A stretch of 32,000 nucleotides of DNA from Vibrio vulnificus CMCP6 (lineage in GTDB: Bacteria; Pseudomonadota; Gammaproteobacteria; Enterobacterales; Vibrionaceae): the NCBI RefSeq assembly GCF_000039765.1, contig NC_004460.2:1380001-1412000 (forward strand), given 5' to 3'. A program made the translations under genes and the position numbers. Each line of letters opens with the position of its first letter. The stretch's first letter is position 1. The notes under the pieces were generated by a model. The model was not told where the DNA came from, did no database searches, and saw only the letters and a program-made list of their open reading frames with translations. Shown here in pieces: positions 18,599 through 27,301 of this stretch.

Positions 18599-19684
18599 CT
18601 AGTCGAACATCAACACCACGTAAGCGATGAAGAGTACAAGGTGTGTCGCGCCATTGAGTGGGTGCGTACGGCCGCTGCTAAAGGTCATCATTGAGACCAA
18701 TATCGTTGCGACCAACAACACCATGTCGGCGGGACCCAATCCAAGAATCACCGTTTCTCCTAAAAACACCGCAATGAGCAGTACCGCGGGCACCGTGAGT
18801 GAAATGGTCGCCAATACCGAGCCGTAAAAAAGATTCATCGCACGCTGCAACTGGTTATTGAGTGCCGCTTTAATTGCGCCCACACCTTCCGGCGAGAGGA
18901 TAATCATCGCCACGATGAGTCCGCCTAGTGCAGAGGGGGCGCCTAAGGTGTTGATGCTTTGGTCAATCGGGATCGCAATGCTTTTGGCAAGGCCGATCAC
19001 TAACGCTAAATTGGCCACCAAAAAGAGTGCGTGATAACCGATAGAGCGAGTTTCGTGATGCTCATGTTCAGTCTCTGACACATCGTTAATGAAATAGTCG
19101 GTATGGCTCTTGGTTTGGATAAAGAGAAACACACCATACAGCAGCAGTGACGTCACGATCAGCGTGAAAATCATCACGGTCGACATGCCACCAAAGCTGT
19201 CTTGAGAAGTAAAGTTTGGCAAAATCAGGCAGATGGTTACCACTGGAATAATCGCGGCGATATAGGCTTTCAGCCCTTGAACATTGTATGCCTGAGAGTG
19301 ATACCTTAACCCACCAATCAGCAAGGTGATGCCAACCAAACCGTTCATGACCCCCATCACGACCGCAAACATGGTATCTCTTGCCATTACTGGGTTTTCA
19401 GAGCCCGTCAGCATGACTGACGAAATCATCGCCACTTCCAGCAGCACCACCGATAACGTCAAAATCAAGGTGCCATAGGGTTCGCCGAGCTTATGGGCTA
19501 AGGCATCCGCATGTCGCACAACCGCGAATATCATCACCATGGTCACGGCGAATAAAATCAACACAGAAAGAATACCCAGTGGTGACATCAAATCATGGCT
19601 GAGTAAGTCGTTTCCTTTGAAGAGAAATGTGGCAACCGTGAGCAAACCTAGTAGGAAAGAACGAGTTTCATGAGCGTGTTTCAT
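18599..19684 (-). CDS. chaA: Ca2+/H+ (Na+/H+) antiporter ChaA, CaCA family
   Basis: Colinear with E. coli ChaA as recalled: VVRHADALAHKLGEPYGTLILTLSVVLLEV, ILSPEGVGAIKAALNNQLQRAMNLFYGSVLATISLTVP and FSSGRTHPLNGATHL. Start set to ATG 19684, which has GAGGAA upstream. Confidence 0.93.
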   Translation of the reverse strand: MKHAHETRSFLLGLLTVATFLFKGNDLLSHDLMSPLGILSVLILFAVTMVMIFAVVRHADALAHKLGEPYGTLILTLSVVLLEVAMISSVMLTGSENPVMARDTMFAVVMGVMNGLVGITLLIGGLRYHSQAYNVQGLKAYIAAIIPVVTICLILPNFTSQDSFGGMSTVMIFTLIVTSLLLYGVFLFIQTKSHTDYFINDVSETEHEHHETRSIGYHALFLVANLALVIGLAKSIAIPIDQSINTLGAPSALGGLIVAMIILSPEGVGAIKAALNNQLQRAMNLFYGSVLATISLTVPAVLLIAVFLGETVILGLGPADMVLLVATILVSMMTFSSGRTHPLNGATHLVLFIAYVVLMFD

Positions 19685-19717
19685 CTTATTCCTCAACGTG
19701 ACAAAGAGTGATTGAAC

Positions 19718-20341
19718 TTATCGTTGGTTGAAATAACGAATGACGATGCCAAACAGGGTAATAAACATCAATGTTAGGCTGACGCCGACCAATCCTTTTA
19801 TCAGTATGGCTTGATAATTTTCGAACATAGGGTTGAGTAGGGCGAATTTTCCTATCAGCAGTAAAAGAGCCACCCACAATAATGAACTCGATAAATTTGA
19901 GAAAAATACTTTGACGGCATTTAATCTATTCACTCCCATCATCATTGGTGTTAGCACGCGTACAAATGGAATAAAACGCGAAACAAAGAGGGATAAAAAT
20001 CCGTATTTCATCAACAGTGTTGTCGCTCTCTCTAATGTGCCATTGGGTAGAATGCCTTCTAGTGAACGATGAACGCGGCTCTGCCTGAGCAAGAACCCTT
20101 GCCAGTAAGCCACTAAACCGCCAAGGCTGGCTGCTAAGGTGAGCAGAATGATACTCTCGGTCACAGGCAGCACCCCCAATGCCACCATGCCACCGGAAAA
20201 AATCACCAAGCTATCGCCGGGAAGCGGCAGAAAAACAAACGCCGATTCCAAAAATAAAATAGCGGTCAAAATAATCAGTAGATACTTTGAATTCTGTATA
20301 ACATCGAAATCACTTGTGATTAGCGCAGTAAAAAACTCCAC
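19718..20341 (-). CDS. DedA/VTT-family membrane protein
   Basis: FLPLPGDSLVIFSGGMVALG plus RFIPFVRVLTPMMMG are typical DedA motifs. Start moved to GTG 20341, which has SD AGGGAG 7 nt upstream. The gene ends 33 nt before chaA. Confidence 0.8.
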   Translation of the reverse strand: MEFFTALITSDFDVIQNSKYLLIILTAILFLESAFVFLPLPGDSLVIFSGGMVALGVLPVTESIILLTLAASLGGLVAYWQGFLLRQSRVHRSLEGILPNGTLERATTLLMKYGFLSLFVSRFIPFVRVLTPMMMGVNRLNAVKVFFSNLSSSLLWVALLLLIGKFALLNPMFENYQAILIKGLVGVSLTLMFITLFGIVIRYFNQR

Positions 20342-20354
20342 TGACTTTCTCCCT

Positions 20355-20435
20355 TTAGAAATAACCACCGACAGCAAGTCCAGCGAGAAAAATAATAATT
20401 AAGTACACAAAGGCTAATATTCTTGAAATGTTCAT
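20355..20435 (-). CDS. Candidate 26-aa hydrophobic small protein upstream of dedA
   Basis: I translated this by hand as MNISRILAFVYLIIIFLAGLAVGGYF-stop. AAGGAA lies 9 nt upstream of the ATG. The stop is 13 nt before the dedA GTG, and the dedA SD lies in that gap. It is below the ORF-track size cutoff. Confidence 0.4.
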   Translation of the reverse strand: MNISRILAFVYLIIIFLAGLAVGGYF

Positions 20436-20689
20436 AATTTTATATTCCTTATTACTTGGTCTTTGCGGAATGGCGATTTAACAGTGGTGTTTTGCTTCAG
20501 TCACGCTCGCTATTGGCTGGTTTCTCTGTTCGATAGGTATTGTATTGGCGGCAGAATGGTCGGTCTAATGAAAGCCCTTCAACACCATAATAACCATGAG
20601 TTATTAATGAATTCGTTCGCCAAGCTTCACAACAGGAGAGAGTGGCGCTGCTATAGTTTAAGGAATGGCAAAAAGGGACTGAGGTAGTT

Positions 20690-21502
20690 ATGCGGCTATT
20701 ACTGGGATGTTTCATTGCGCTTTGTAGTTATGTCACTGTGGCGAGTGCCACAACAGAGATCATCATGGGCTATCGCACCACCGCGAAAATGCCTTATATC
20801 CATGCAGAGCCGAGTGATGATGGCTTCTATTTCGAGTTGTATGACGAGGCGGCCAAACGGATTGGTGCAAAACTCAAAGTAGTGCGTTTGCCAAAGTTAC
20901 GTGTTTTGATCGCCTTGGAAGCGGGGGAGATTGACTTCTACCCTGGCTTTGCCTTTGATGAGGAACGAGCCAAATACGCATATTGGGTGCCCAACGGCAC
21001 CTATCAACGTGATGTGGCAATCACGCTCAAGGGACGGCCGCTCATGACGCAGGCAACCAGCCTTGATGGGCTTACGCAGCTGGTGGCGCTGGGAAATCCA
21101 GATTATTTGGTGGGGCGCGACACGTCACAGATGGATCAACTGACGGTGTCAGAACTCGATGTCGGCCGAGCAATGACCTTTTTGCGTCGAGGTCGCGCAG
21201 ATTTTTATGTCTATGAAGAAGATACGCTACGTTATTTTCTCAAAACCGAAGGGTCGAGCGATATGATGATTCACCCTCAATTTGTCGATCGCAGTTCACC
21301 TTCTTGGGCGGGATTTAGTCGCAATTCTGCTTTATTTGAAGGCCAAGAGAATCCGGCCTATGACCCCAACTTACCTTTGGCTTGGAATAACATGCCGATG
21401 CGGCTAGTGCCAGGCTCGGTGATTGACGAGTTTCAGCAAGCCCTTCACCAAATGGAAATGGAAGGTTGGACGCAAGCTTTGTACCGCAAGTATTTTGAGT
21501 GA
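20690..21502 (+). CDS. Periplasmic substrate-binding protein, family 3 (amino-acid-type SBP), orphan
   Basis: Sec signal peptide MRLLLGCFIALCSYVTVASA, about 250 aa mature length, SBP_bac_3-like layout (my recognition is moderate), and no adjacent permease or ATPase. Confidence 0.65.
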   Translation: MRLLLGCFIALCSYVTVASATTEIIMGYRTTAKMPYIHAEPSDDGFYFELYDEAAKRIGAKLKVVRLPKLRVLIALEAGEIDFYPGFAFDEERAKYAYWVPNGTYQRDVAITLKGRPLMTQATSLDGLTQLVALGNPDYLVGRDTSQMDQLTVSELDVGRAMTFLRRGRADFYVYEEDTLRYFLKTEGSSDMMIHPQFVDRSSPSWAGFSRNSALFEGQENPAYDPNLPLAWNNMPMRLVPGSVIDEFQQALHQMEMEGWTQALYRKYFE

Positions 21503-21528
21503 TTGCGATAGCTTAATTGCAGTCAGAG

Positions 21529-21552
21529 AAAAGGCGCCAACAGCGCCTTTTT
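21529..21552. terminator. Bidirectional rho-independent terminator
   Basis: AAAAGGCGC-caaca-GCGCCTTTTT lies between the convergent SBP and histidine kinase genes. A second small hairpin CTGCCC-gttg-GGGCAG sits at 21575-21590. Confidence 0.85.
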
Positions 21553-21589
21553 GTCATCATAGTTCACCTCTTCTGCCCGTTGGGGCAGG

Positions 21590-23008
21590 TTACGGGGTGG
21601 TTCGCCAAAAGCGCACACGAAAGACATTGTGATGCTCGCTGCGAGGGAGCAGTTCGAGTGTGGCGTTGTGCAACTTGGCGATATCTTGGCAAATCGCCAT
21701 GCCCAAACCTGCACCGTCGCCTTTCTCGCTATTGGCGCGGAAGAAGGGTTCAAACAACTTGCCGCGGCTGGCTTCGTCAATTGGGTTGCCATTGTCGGCC
21801 ACCAATACATCCACATATTGATCGGTTTCCACTACGCTGATGTCAATGTCGCTTTGTGCGCCTGAGTAGCGGATTGCGTTATCCAGTAGGTTACGAAACA
21901 GCGCTTCGAGCAGAGTTTTATCACCTTGCAACGACACTTCTGCGCTCTGCAAACTGAGCTCTTGTTGCTGCTTTAAGGCCAACAACGCCATATCCGCCAT
22001 CACGCTTTGCAGCAGCTTATCAAGTTCGACGCTGTCGCACGCCAGCTCGCTGGCGTTTTCTACCTTAGCCAAGGTTAGCAACTGGTGAATCAAACGGTCG
22101 GTACGGTCAATGCCTTTGAGGATGTTATTGAGGTCATGAGAAAGTTGCTGCGGATTCTCGCTGGCGAGGGCATTCTCTGCATTCAGGCGCAAAATAGTTA
22201 GGGGTGTTTTCAGCTCGTGCGCCGCAGTGCGCGTAAAACGTTTTTCACGCTGCCATGCTTGCTCTAACGCGCTGAGCAACTGGTTGAGAGCATCCACTAA
22301 TGGGGTGAGCTCCTGCGTTGGCTGATCCACTTCAATGCGATCCAACTTGTTGGCGCTGCGATGGCTGATAGCGGCGCGCAGAGATTCGATCGGGCGAAAA
22401 TTCTTATCAATTAACCACAGCAAAATCACCAACAACGCGGGCAATAAAATCAGTTGTGGCAAAGCGGTCGATAGGGCAATTTCACTGATGATTTCGTTGC
22501 GAACGCGATGATTTTCCGCCACTACGATCCATTCGGAATGGCCGGATTCTGCAGGAGAAGATAGCTGAAAAATACGCCAACGTTCGCCATTCATCTGGGT
22601 ATCACGAAAGCCGTTTTTTTGCGTCTCTGAGCCTAGCGCCGTCAACGATGAATCGGAGCTCCAAATCAGATCGCCATGACGGAAAAACTGCAACACCAGA
22701 TTTTGCTCGTAAGGATGGCCAAACGCGGTGCCTTCGTCATCGTCTTCTCTGGCGAGGCGGCGTAAGTTGGTGCGCCACTGCTCAAACTGTTGTTGGTGCT
22801 GCTGCAAACTGTCTTTTTCGGGGGCGATGGACCATGCCATTAACATCAGTTTTGCCGTTTGACCCAAGCGCGCGTCGTACACTTCTCCCACTTCATGCTG
22901 CGCAGAGCTGTAGCTGAAATACATGGTCATGATCAGCAAAAAGCAGGAAAGCAAGCTCACAGAGAGCGTTAAGCGTCGCTTGATGGAGAAGGGTTGGCTA
23001 CTTTTCAA
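21590..23008 (-). CDS. Two-component sensor histidine kinase (QseC/PmrB-like)
   Basis: H-box FTRTAAHELKTPLT, N-box LLDNAIRYS, G-boxes DNGNPID and GAGLGMAI, and two TM segments around a periplasmic loop of about 160 aa. Start assigned to TTG 23008 (MKSSQPFSIKRRLTL...), which overlaps the RR stop by 11 nt. GTG 23026 is an alternative. Confidence 0.88.
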   Translation of the reverse strand: MKSSQPFSIKRRLTLSVSLLSCFLLIMTMYFSYSSAQHEVGEVYDARLGQTAKLMLMAWSIAPEKDSLQQHQQQFEQWRTNLRRLAREDDDEGTAFGHPYEQNLVLQFFRHGDLIWSSDSSLTALGSETQKNGFRDTQMNGERWRIFQLSSPAESGHSEWIVVAENHRVRNEIISEIALSTALPQLILLPALLVILLWLIDKNFRPIESLRAAISHRSANKLDRIEVDQPTQELTPLVDALNQLLSALEQAWQREKRFTRTAAHELKTPLTILRLNAENALASENPQQLSHDLNNILKGIDRTDRLIHQLLTLAKVENASELACDSVELDKLLQSVMADMALLALKQQQELSLQSAEVSLQGDKTLLEALFRNLLDNAIRYSGAQSDIDISVVETDQYVDVLVADNGNPIDEASRGKLFEPFFRANSEKGDGAGLGMAICQDIAKLHNATLELLPRSEHHNVFRVRFWRTTP

Positions 23009-23654
23009 TGATGTACCCCACGCCACGGATATTTTTAATCGGCACGTTGGGTGCCTTTTTGCGCAAGTTGTGAATGTGCACTTCAATGGCGTTGTCGCTG
23101 GCGCTGTCATCCCAACCGTGCAGAGACTGCTGCAACTGATCTTTACTCATCACTCGCCCAGCATTGGTCATTAACGCCGCAAGGATTTTAAATTCGTTAC
23201 GCGTCAGTTTTAAAACGACCTCTTGATAACGAATCGACTGCTCGGAAAGGGAGAGGCTCAATTCGCCCACTTCAATCACTTCCGTTGCGCTACCAGATTG
23301 ACGACGAATTACCACCCGCAAACGGGCTAATAACTCTTCAAGCGCAAAAGGTTTGCCCAGATAATCATCCGCGCCTCGGTCTAAGCCTTGGACGCGATCT
23401 TTGATATCGTCTCTGGCGGTCAAAATCACCACTGGCAAGCTAAAACCCGCACTGCGAATGTTGCGCAGCACGTCTAAGCCGTCGATATCCGGTAAGGTTA
23501 AATCGAGGATCACTGCCGTGAAATCTTCAGTTTTCAGTGCGCTGGTAACGCCTGAGCCTTTTTCTAACCAATCCACCGTATAGCCATGGCGACTTAGCGA
23601 AGTCACCATGGATTGGCCAAGCAGTGTGTCGTCTTCAATCAGTAGTAATCGCAT
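22998..23654 (-). CDS. OmpR/PhoB-family response regulator (QseB/PmrA-like)
   Basis: Receiver domain MRLLLIEDD...ILDLTLPDIDG...LTARD...GADDYLGKPF plus a winged-helix C-terminus (LTRNEFKIL...IRGVGYII). Confidence 0.93.
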   Translation of the reverse strand: MRLLLIEDDTLLGQSMVTSLSRHGYTVDWLEKGSGVTSALKTEDFTAVILDLTLPDIDGLDVLRNIRSAGFSLPVVILTARDDIKDRVQGLDRGADDYLGKPFALEELLARLRVVIRRQSGSATEVIEVGELSLSLSEQSIRYQEVVLKLTRNEFKILAALMTNAGRVMSKDQLQQSLHGWDDSASDNAIEVHIHNLRKKAPNVPIKNIRGVGYIIEK

Positions 23655-23772
23655 GATTTATTTCAGTTTCTCCAATGCGGCGTTGCCTGCCAATTGTCGA
23701 TGGAATGCTTATTTGGTTCTAGTGGAGAAAGCAAATAATGGGTGTTCGATAAAGCATTATAGATCGGCAACC

Positions 23773-24864
23773 CTAGCGGGAAAACTTCATGCGGTACATG
23801 CGTTTGTCGGCAAGATTGATGAGCGCATCCACGTTTTCGGAATCATCTGGAAAACAGGCTCGACCTAAACTGGTGGAAAGCTTAGCTGGGCCTTGTTCGA
23901 GCACAATCGGTGGCACAAACAGCTGATGAATCGCCTGATTGAGCACCTGAGGTTCGTCATTGGTGATGTGTTTGCACAACACGGCAAATTCATCGCCCCC
24001 CATGCGGCACACTCGCACTGAGGCGTTTTCCAGTTTTTTCAATCGCAGCGCCACTTCTTGCAATGCGGCATCACCCGCTTGATGGCCAAGATTATCGTTG
24101 ATGGCTTTGAAGCCGTTGAGATCCAGCAGGTAGATCGAAAAATGTTCTTTGTCCTGAATGTACTTATCCATGTGCAAAAACATACCGATGCGGTTTGGCA
24201 ACTGAGTCAGCGGATCGGTTAACGACATCTTCTTGTGAAAACGGGCTTCTTTGTAGAAGAAATAAGCCATGATGCCCGCACACAAGACAAAAATGCCCAA
24301 CAGCACAAACTGAGCTTGGAAGAGCAATTGTGCACGCGTCTGCTGCTCTTTATACAAAGGGCTGGCGACGCGGAAATTGCGCGTCACGTAGTCGATCATA
24401 GACAGGTAAAGGCGGCTGGTTTCGCGGTAAAACAGGTTTGCGGCTTTGTCATCACCGTTTAATGCTTGTTGCAGTGGCTGCTCTAACGTTTGGAACTGGT
24501 GAAACAGATCGACGAAAAAGCTTTTTACTTCGGTTCGCGAGAGAAAGGTGTCGCTTTCTCGACTGTTGATCAACAAATCAAAACGGCTCCAAGTGAGCTC
24601 ATATTTCAATTCGACACGCTTGAGATCGTAGCTGCTGTCTTCGGCGCGACTCGATTCACTCACCAATTCAGAGAGCTCTTTAGACAGGTGGAACAAGAAC
24701 CAAGTGGCTTGATTTTGTGAGTCTGAGTAAGAGCGTGCCAAAGTTCTTGTTTCCTGCAGCAGGGCAAGATTGGCGATCAACAAGCAGACAGTCACTGCCA
24801 GTAAAGTCAGTTTTGCTGAAGTTGAAAAGGGCCCTTTATAAAGATTTAAGTTTGTTTTCTGCAT
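23773..24864 (-). CDS. Membrane-anchored diguanylate cyclase (GGDEF) with a periplasmic helical sensor region
   Basis: DPLTQLPNR, DLNGFKAINDNLGHQAGD and RMGGDEF motifs. Two TM helices bracket about 150 aa. There is no RxxD I-site five residues upstream of GGDEF (the sequence there is VRVCRMGGDEF). Confidence 0.92.
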   Translation of the reverse strand: MQKTNLNLYKGPFSTSAKLTLLAVTVCLLIANLALLQETRTLARSYSDSQNQATWFLFHLSKELSELVSESSRAEDSSYDLKRVELKYELTWSRFDLLINSRESDTFLSRTEVKSFFVDLFHQFQTLEQPLQQALNGDDKAANLFYRETSRLYLSMIDYVTRNFRVASPLYKEQQTRAQLLFQAQFVLLGIFVLCAGIMAYFFYKEARFHKKMSLTDPLTQLPNRIGMFLHMDKYIQDKEHFSIYLLDLNGFKAINDNLGHQAGDAALQEVALRLKKLENASVRVCRMGGDEFAVLCKHITNDEPQVLNQAIHQLFVPPIVLEQGPAKLSTSLGRACFPDDSENVDALINLADKRMYRMKFSR

Positions 24865-24878
24865 TATTCGTTTTCACA

Positions 24879-25340
24879 TCACTTCGCGATATGTATTTGT
24901 TTTAACTGCCAAACCATCTGGGAATGATAGCGTTCATTATTCAGTTCTTTTGGAAATGAAGATTGCGGATAGATGAGCCAAAAAGGACCTTTATCTCTCA
25001 CTCGCATGGGTTTGCCGTCTTGCCTGTAAGCAACGATGGGCTGATATTTTTCGATATCAGAGAGATCGATGTCGGCGGCGTAGTCGTTTAAGGCACGCAG
25101 AGTGACGCGATTCGGAATAAAGCCATATTGTTGCGACAAAAGGGTGCTGAGCTTGACTCCGGTAAAGGTGGCTGGCGCGCTAAGCCAAGGAAGCATGGTG
25201 GTGTATTGCGTGGCTTCCATTTGCTCTAAATCCTGAACGGTTAACACAACCGTTGGGGCATGGGGGATATCCATTTGTAAATTATAGCTGTACACCTGAG
25301 GTGCAATGAGTAAGCCCCAAACAAGAGCAAGATACTTCAT
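24879..25340 (-). CDS. Small secreted protein resembling the molybdopterin-oxidoreductase (Oxidored_molyb/YedY-like) fold
   Basis: Signal peptide MKYLALVWGLLIAPQVYS. The segment TLRALNDYAADIDLSDIEKYQPIVAYRQDGKPMRVRDKGPFWLIYP matches the pattern of that domain's C-terminal part as I remember it. The stop is 14 nt before the GGDEF gene start. Confidence 0.55.
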   Translation of the reverse strand: MKYLALVWGLLIAPQVYSYNLQMDIPHAPTVVLTVQDLEQMEATQYTTMLPWLSAPATFTGVKLSTLLSQQYGFIPNRVTLRALNDYAADIDLSDIEKYQPIVAYRQDGKPMRVRDKGPFWLIYPQSSFPKELNNERYHSQMVWQLKQIHIAK

Positions 25341-25589
25341 TTCCTGTGACCTGATTGTTATTGATTATGCAGTCATTATAGCCTCGGTATGCTGTTTTTA
25401 TAATCTCACGCTGATGGTTATTTGTTCTCTTAGCGGCTCAAATGTCATGTAATTCTAATGTAATTATTCCTAATAATAAGACGGAAATCAGTCTGTAAGC
25501 TTATGATATTGAGTGTATTTATGAATTCTGAGTGAAACGATAATGTTGAGTTCGGTATACGATAACCACGCAATCATGAAAACTTTCAC

Positions 25590-25605
25590 TGTGATGAATA
25601 TTTCA
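25590..25605. promoter_or_regulatory. Weak CRP-like site upstream of the porin gene
   Basis: TGTGA-tgaata-TTTCA compared with the consensus TGTGA-N6-TCACA. One half-site is perfect and the other matches 3 of 5. Confidence 0.25.
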
Positions 25606-25675
25606 TGCGGCGTGAGCTTCTCAAACAACAAATGGTGGCATGAAATCGTGATGACATTGGCTAATCGCCATGAAA

Positions 25676-25689
25676 TGAAACCGATTTCA
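25676..25689. promoter_or_regulatory. LacI-family-type operator candidate upstream of the porin gene
   Basis: TGAAACCGATTTCA is a 14-bp palindrome of the form TGAAA-NCGN-TTTCA with one mismatched pair. It is embedded in a cluster of CATGAAA half-sites spanning 25574-25775. Confidence 0.4.
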
Positions 25690-25869
25690 AATGTTCTCTT
25701 CGGCTTGCACGTTTCTCTATCTTTCTGATCTCACAACACAATCTGTTTGCACGCTTGCCAGGCCCGGTTTCATGGCGCATCGAGCCAGATCAGCCTGTGA
25801 AGCGGGGCGACATTTTCAAACCTTTCATTCCCTATTATGGCAACCAATAACCATAAACAGGGAACGCTC

Positions 25870-27150
25870 ATGAAAACCTTACAACTTTTACCTCTTGCTC
25901 TTGCGGTGGCCTCTTCGCTTGCTTCTGTCTCTGCCTTTGCAACCTCGGAATCTGACCTTGATGCGTTAGAAAAACGCATTCAAGAGCTCGAGGCCAAACT
26001 GGAAACGGCTTACGTCTACGATCAACAACCTGCGGTGCTCACGCCAGACACCGAAGTGCCGCTGGGCATTGTGTTTTCCGGCTACGCACGTTACGGCGCG
26101 CACTATGCAGCAGGGGACAACCGCTACGTGCAAGTGGGCAGCAGCGGGGCGGCGGTGGGCCGTTTGGGTAATGAAGCAAACGGTGGCGAGTTCCAGCTCG
26201 CGAAAGCCTTTAAGACCGATGGCGGTGCGATTTGGGACATCGTCTTCATGATGGATCAATGGGGCATTGATCAATGGAGCTCACCGGGTGGTTTGAATTT
26301 GAAAAAAGCCTACGCGGGTGCCACTAATCTGTTTGAAAGCCAGCCTGAGCTTTATGTGTGGGCGGGGCGTGATTTCCATCAGCGTCCGCAACAAGGGCTA
26401 AATGACTACTTTTGGATGAGCCACGATGGCCAAGGTGGCGGCTTCAAAAACCTTAACTTGGGCGGCGCTAAGTTTGACTTTGGCTTTGTCGGCCAAGTGG
26501 ACAACGGGGATGGCGGCGCGCTGGGCAATGACACCGGCATCTATGCATTAACCTCTCGATTGCACGCGATGGATTTGGGCGCGGCGACGCTCGATCTCTA
26601 CGCCAACTATGGTTTTGCCTCCGATGAAGCGGAGGCAGCAAAACAAGGAGAAACCGCTTGGCAAGTGGGCGCGGTGGTGGATTTTGGTGGCGGCAATAAG
26701 CTGACGATGAAATACGCCGATGGCGCGGATAACTCGGCGTTTGATTTAGCGGGCGATCAACAAGTGACTTACCTCAGCTGGGAAGGCAGCTTTAACCCGT
26801 CACAGCCACTGTATATCGACTACTTGGCCTCTTTCAAAAACATCTCGGGTAAAGATGTGGATGAGAAAAATGAATACTCGGCGATCGTGCGGCCCATGTA
26901 CAACTGGAGCGATGTTCATTCCACTTGGTTAGAAGCGGGCTACGCGCTGGAAGATTTTGACAACGGCGATGAAAAATCGGGTTGGAAAGTCACGCTTTCA
27001 CAAAACATCTCGATGGGTGGATTGCCTTGGAGCCGCCCGATGTTGCGCTTTTACGCCACGCTGGGTGATGTAGACAGCACCGTTTCGGGTGTGGATCAAG
27101 CCAAGCAAGATACGCTGAGCGTGGGCGCAATGTGGGAAGCGTGGTGGTAA
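25870..27150 (+). CDS. Carbohydrate-selective porin, LamB/ScrY family
   Basis: Signal peptide MKTLQLLPLALAVASSLASVSAFA, an N-terminal coiled-coil (SDLDALEKRIQELEAKLE, as in ScrY), GYARYG and RLGNE motifs, and a C-terminal MWEAWW. Start trimmed to ATG 25870, which has AGGGAA upstream. Confidence 0.9.
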   Translation: MKTLQLLPLALAVASSLASVSAFATSESDLDALEKRIQELEAKLETAYVYDQQPAVLTPDTEVPLGIVFSGYARYGAHYAAGDNRYVQVGSSGAAVGRLGNEANGGEFQLAKAFKTDGGAIWDIVFMMDQWGIDQWSSPGGLNLKKAYAGATNLFESQPELYVWAGRDFHQRPQQGLNDYFWMSHDGQGGGFKNLNLGGAKFDFGFVGQVDNGDGGALGNDTGIYALTSRLHAMDLGAATLDLYANYGFASDEAEAAKQGETAWQVGAVVDFGGGNKLTMKYADGADNSAFDLAGDQQVTYLSWEGSFNPSQPLYIDYLASFKNISGKDVDEKNEYSAIVRPMYNWSDVHSTWLEAGYALEDFDNGDEKSGWKVTLSQNISMGGLPWSRPMLRFYATLGDVDSTVSGVDQAKQDTLSVGAMWEAWW

Positions 27151-27161
27151 CACCTTAACGC

Positions 27162-27195
27162 GCATGGCCGAAGGGTCGCCTTTGGCCATGCTTTT
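27162..27195 (+). terminator. Rho-independent terminator of the porin gene
   Basis: GCATGGCCGAAGG-gtcg-CCTTTGGCCATGC is a 13-bp stem with one G-U pair, followed by TTTT. Confidence 0.9.
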
Positions 27196-27301
27196 CGCTC
27201 TAGCCTATTTTCTCTCTTAATAGTGAGCTCCCCTTAGTCGATTCGCCTAAAAGATGAACGCCAGTGGTGATGCTTTGCTGTGAACCGCTGCCTTGAATGT
27301 C

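Noticed and set aside
25543-25728. A 61-aa ORF in the long porin upstream region. Similar ORFs occur at 25691-25873 and 25770-25979.
   Set aside because: They have no SD and implausible composition, and they overlap the cluster of regulatory half-sites. I treat the region as non-coding leader and promoter.
25741-25869. A GC-rich segment of the porin leader, considered as a possible c-di-GMP (GEMM) or other riboswitch.
   Set aside because: I could not match it to the GEMM-I consensus I remember, and only short weak stems were found by eye. A covariance-model scan would be needed to decide.
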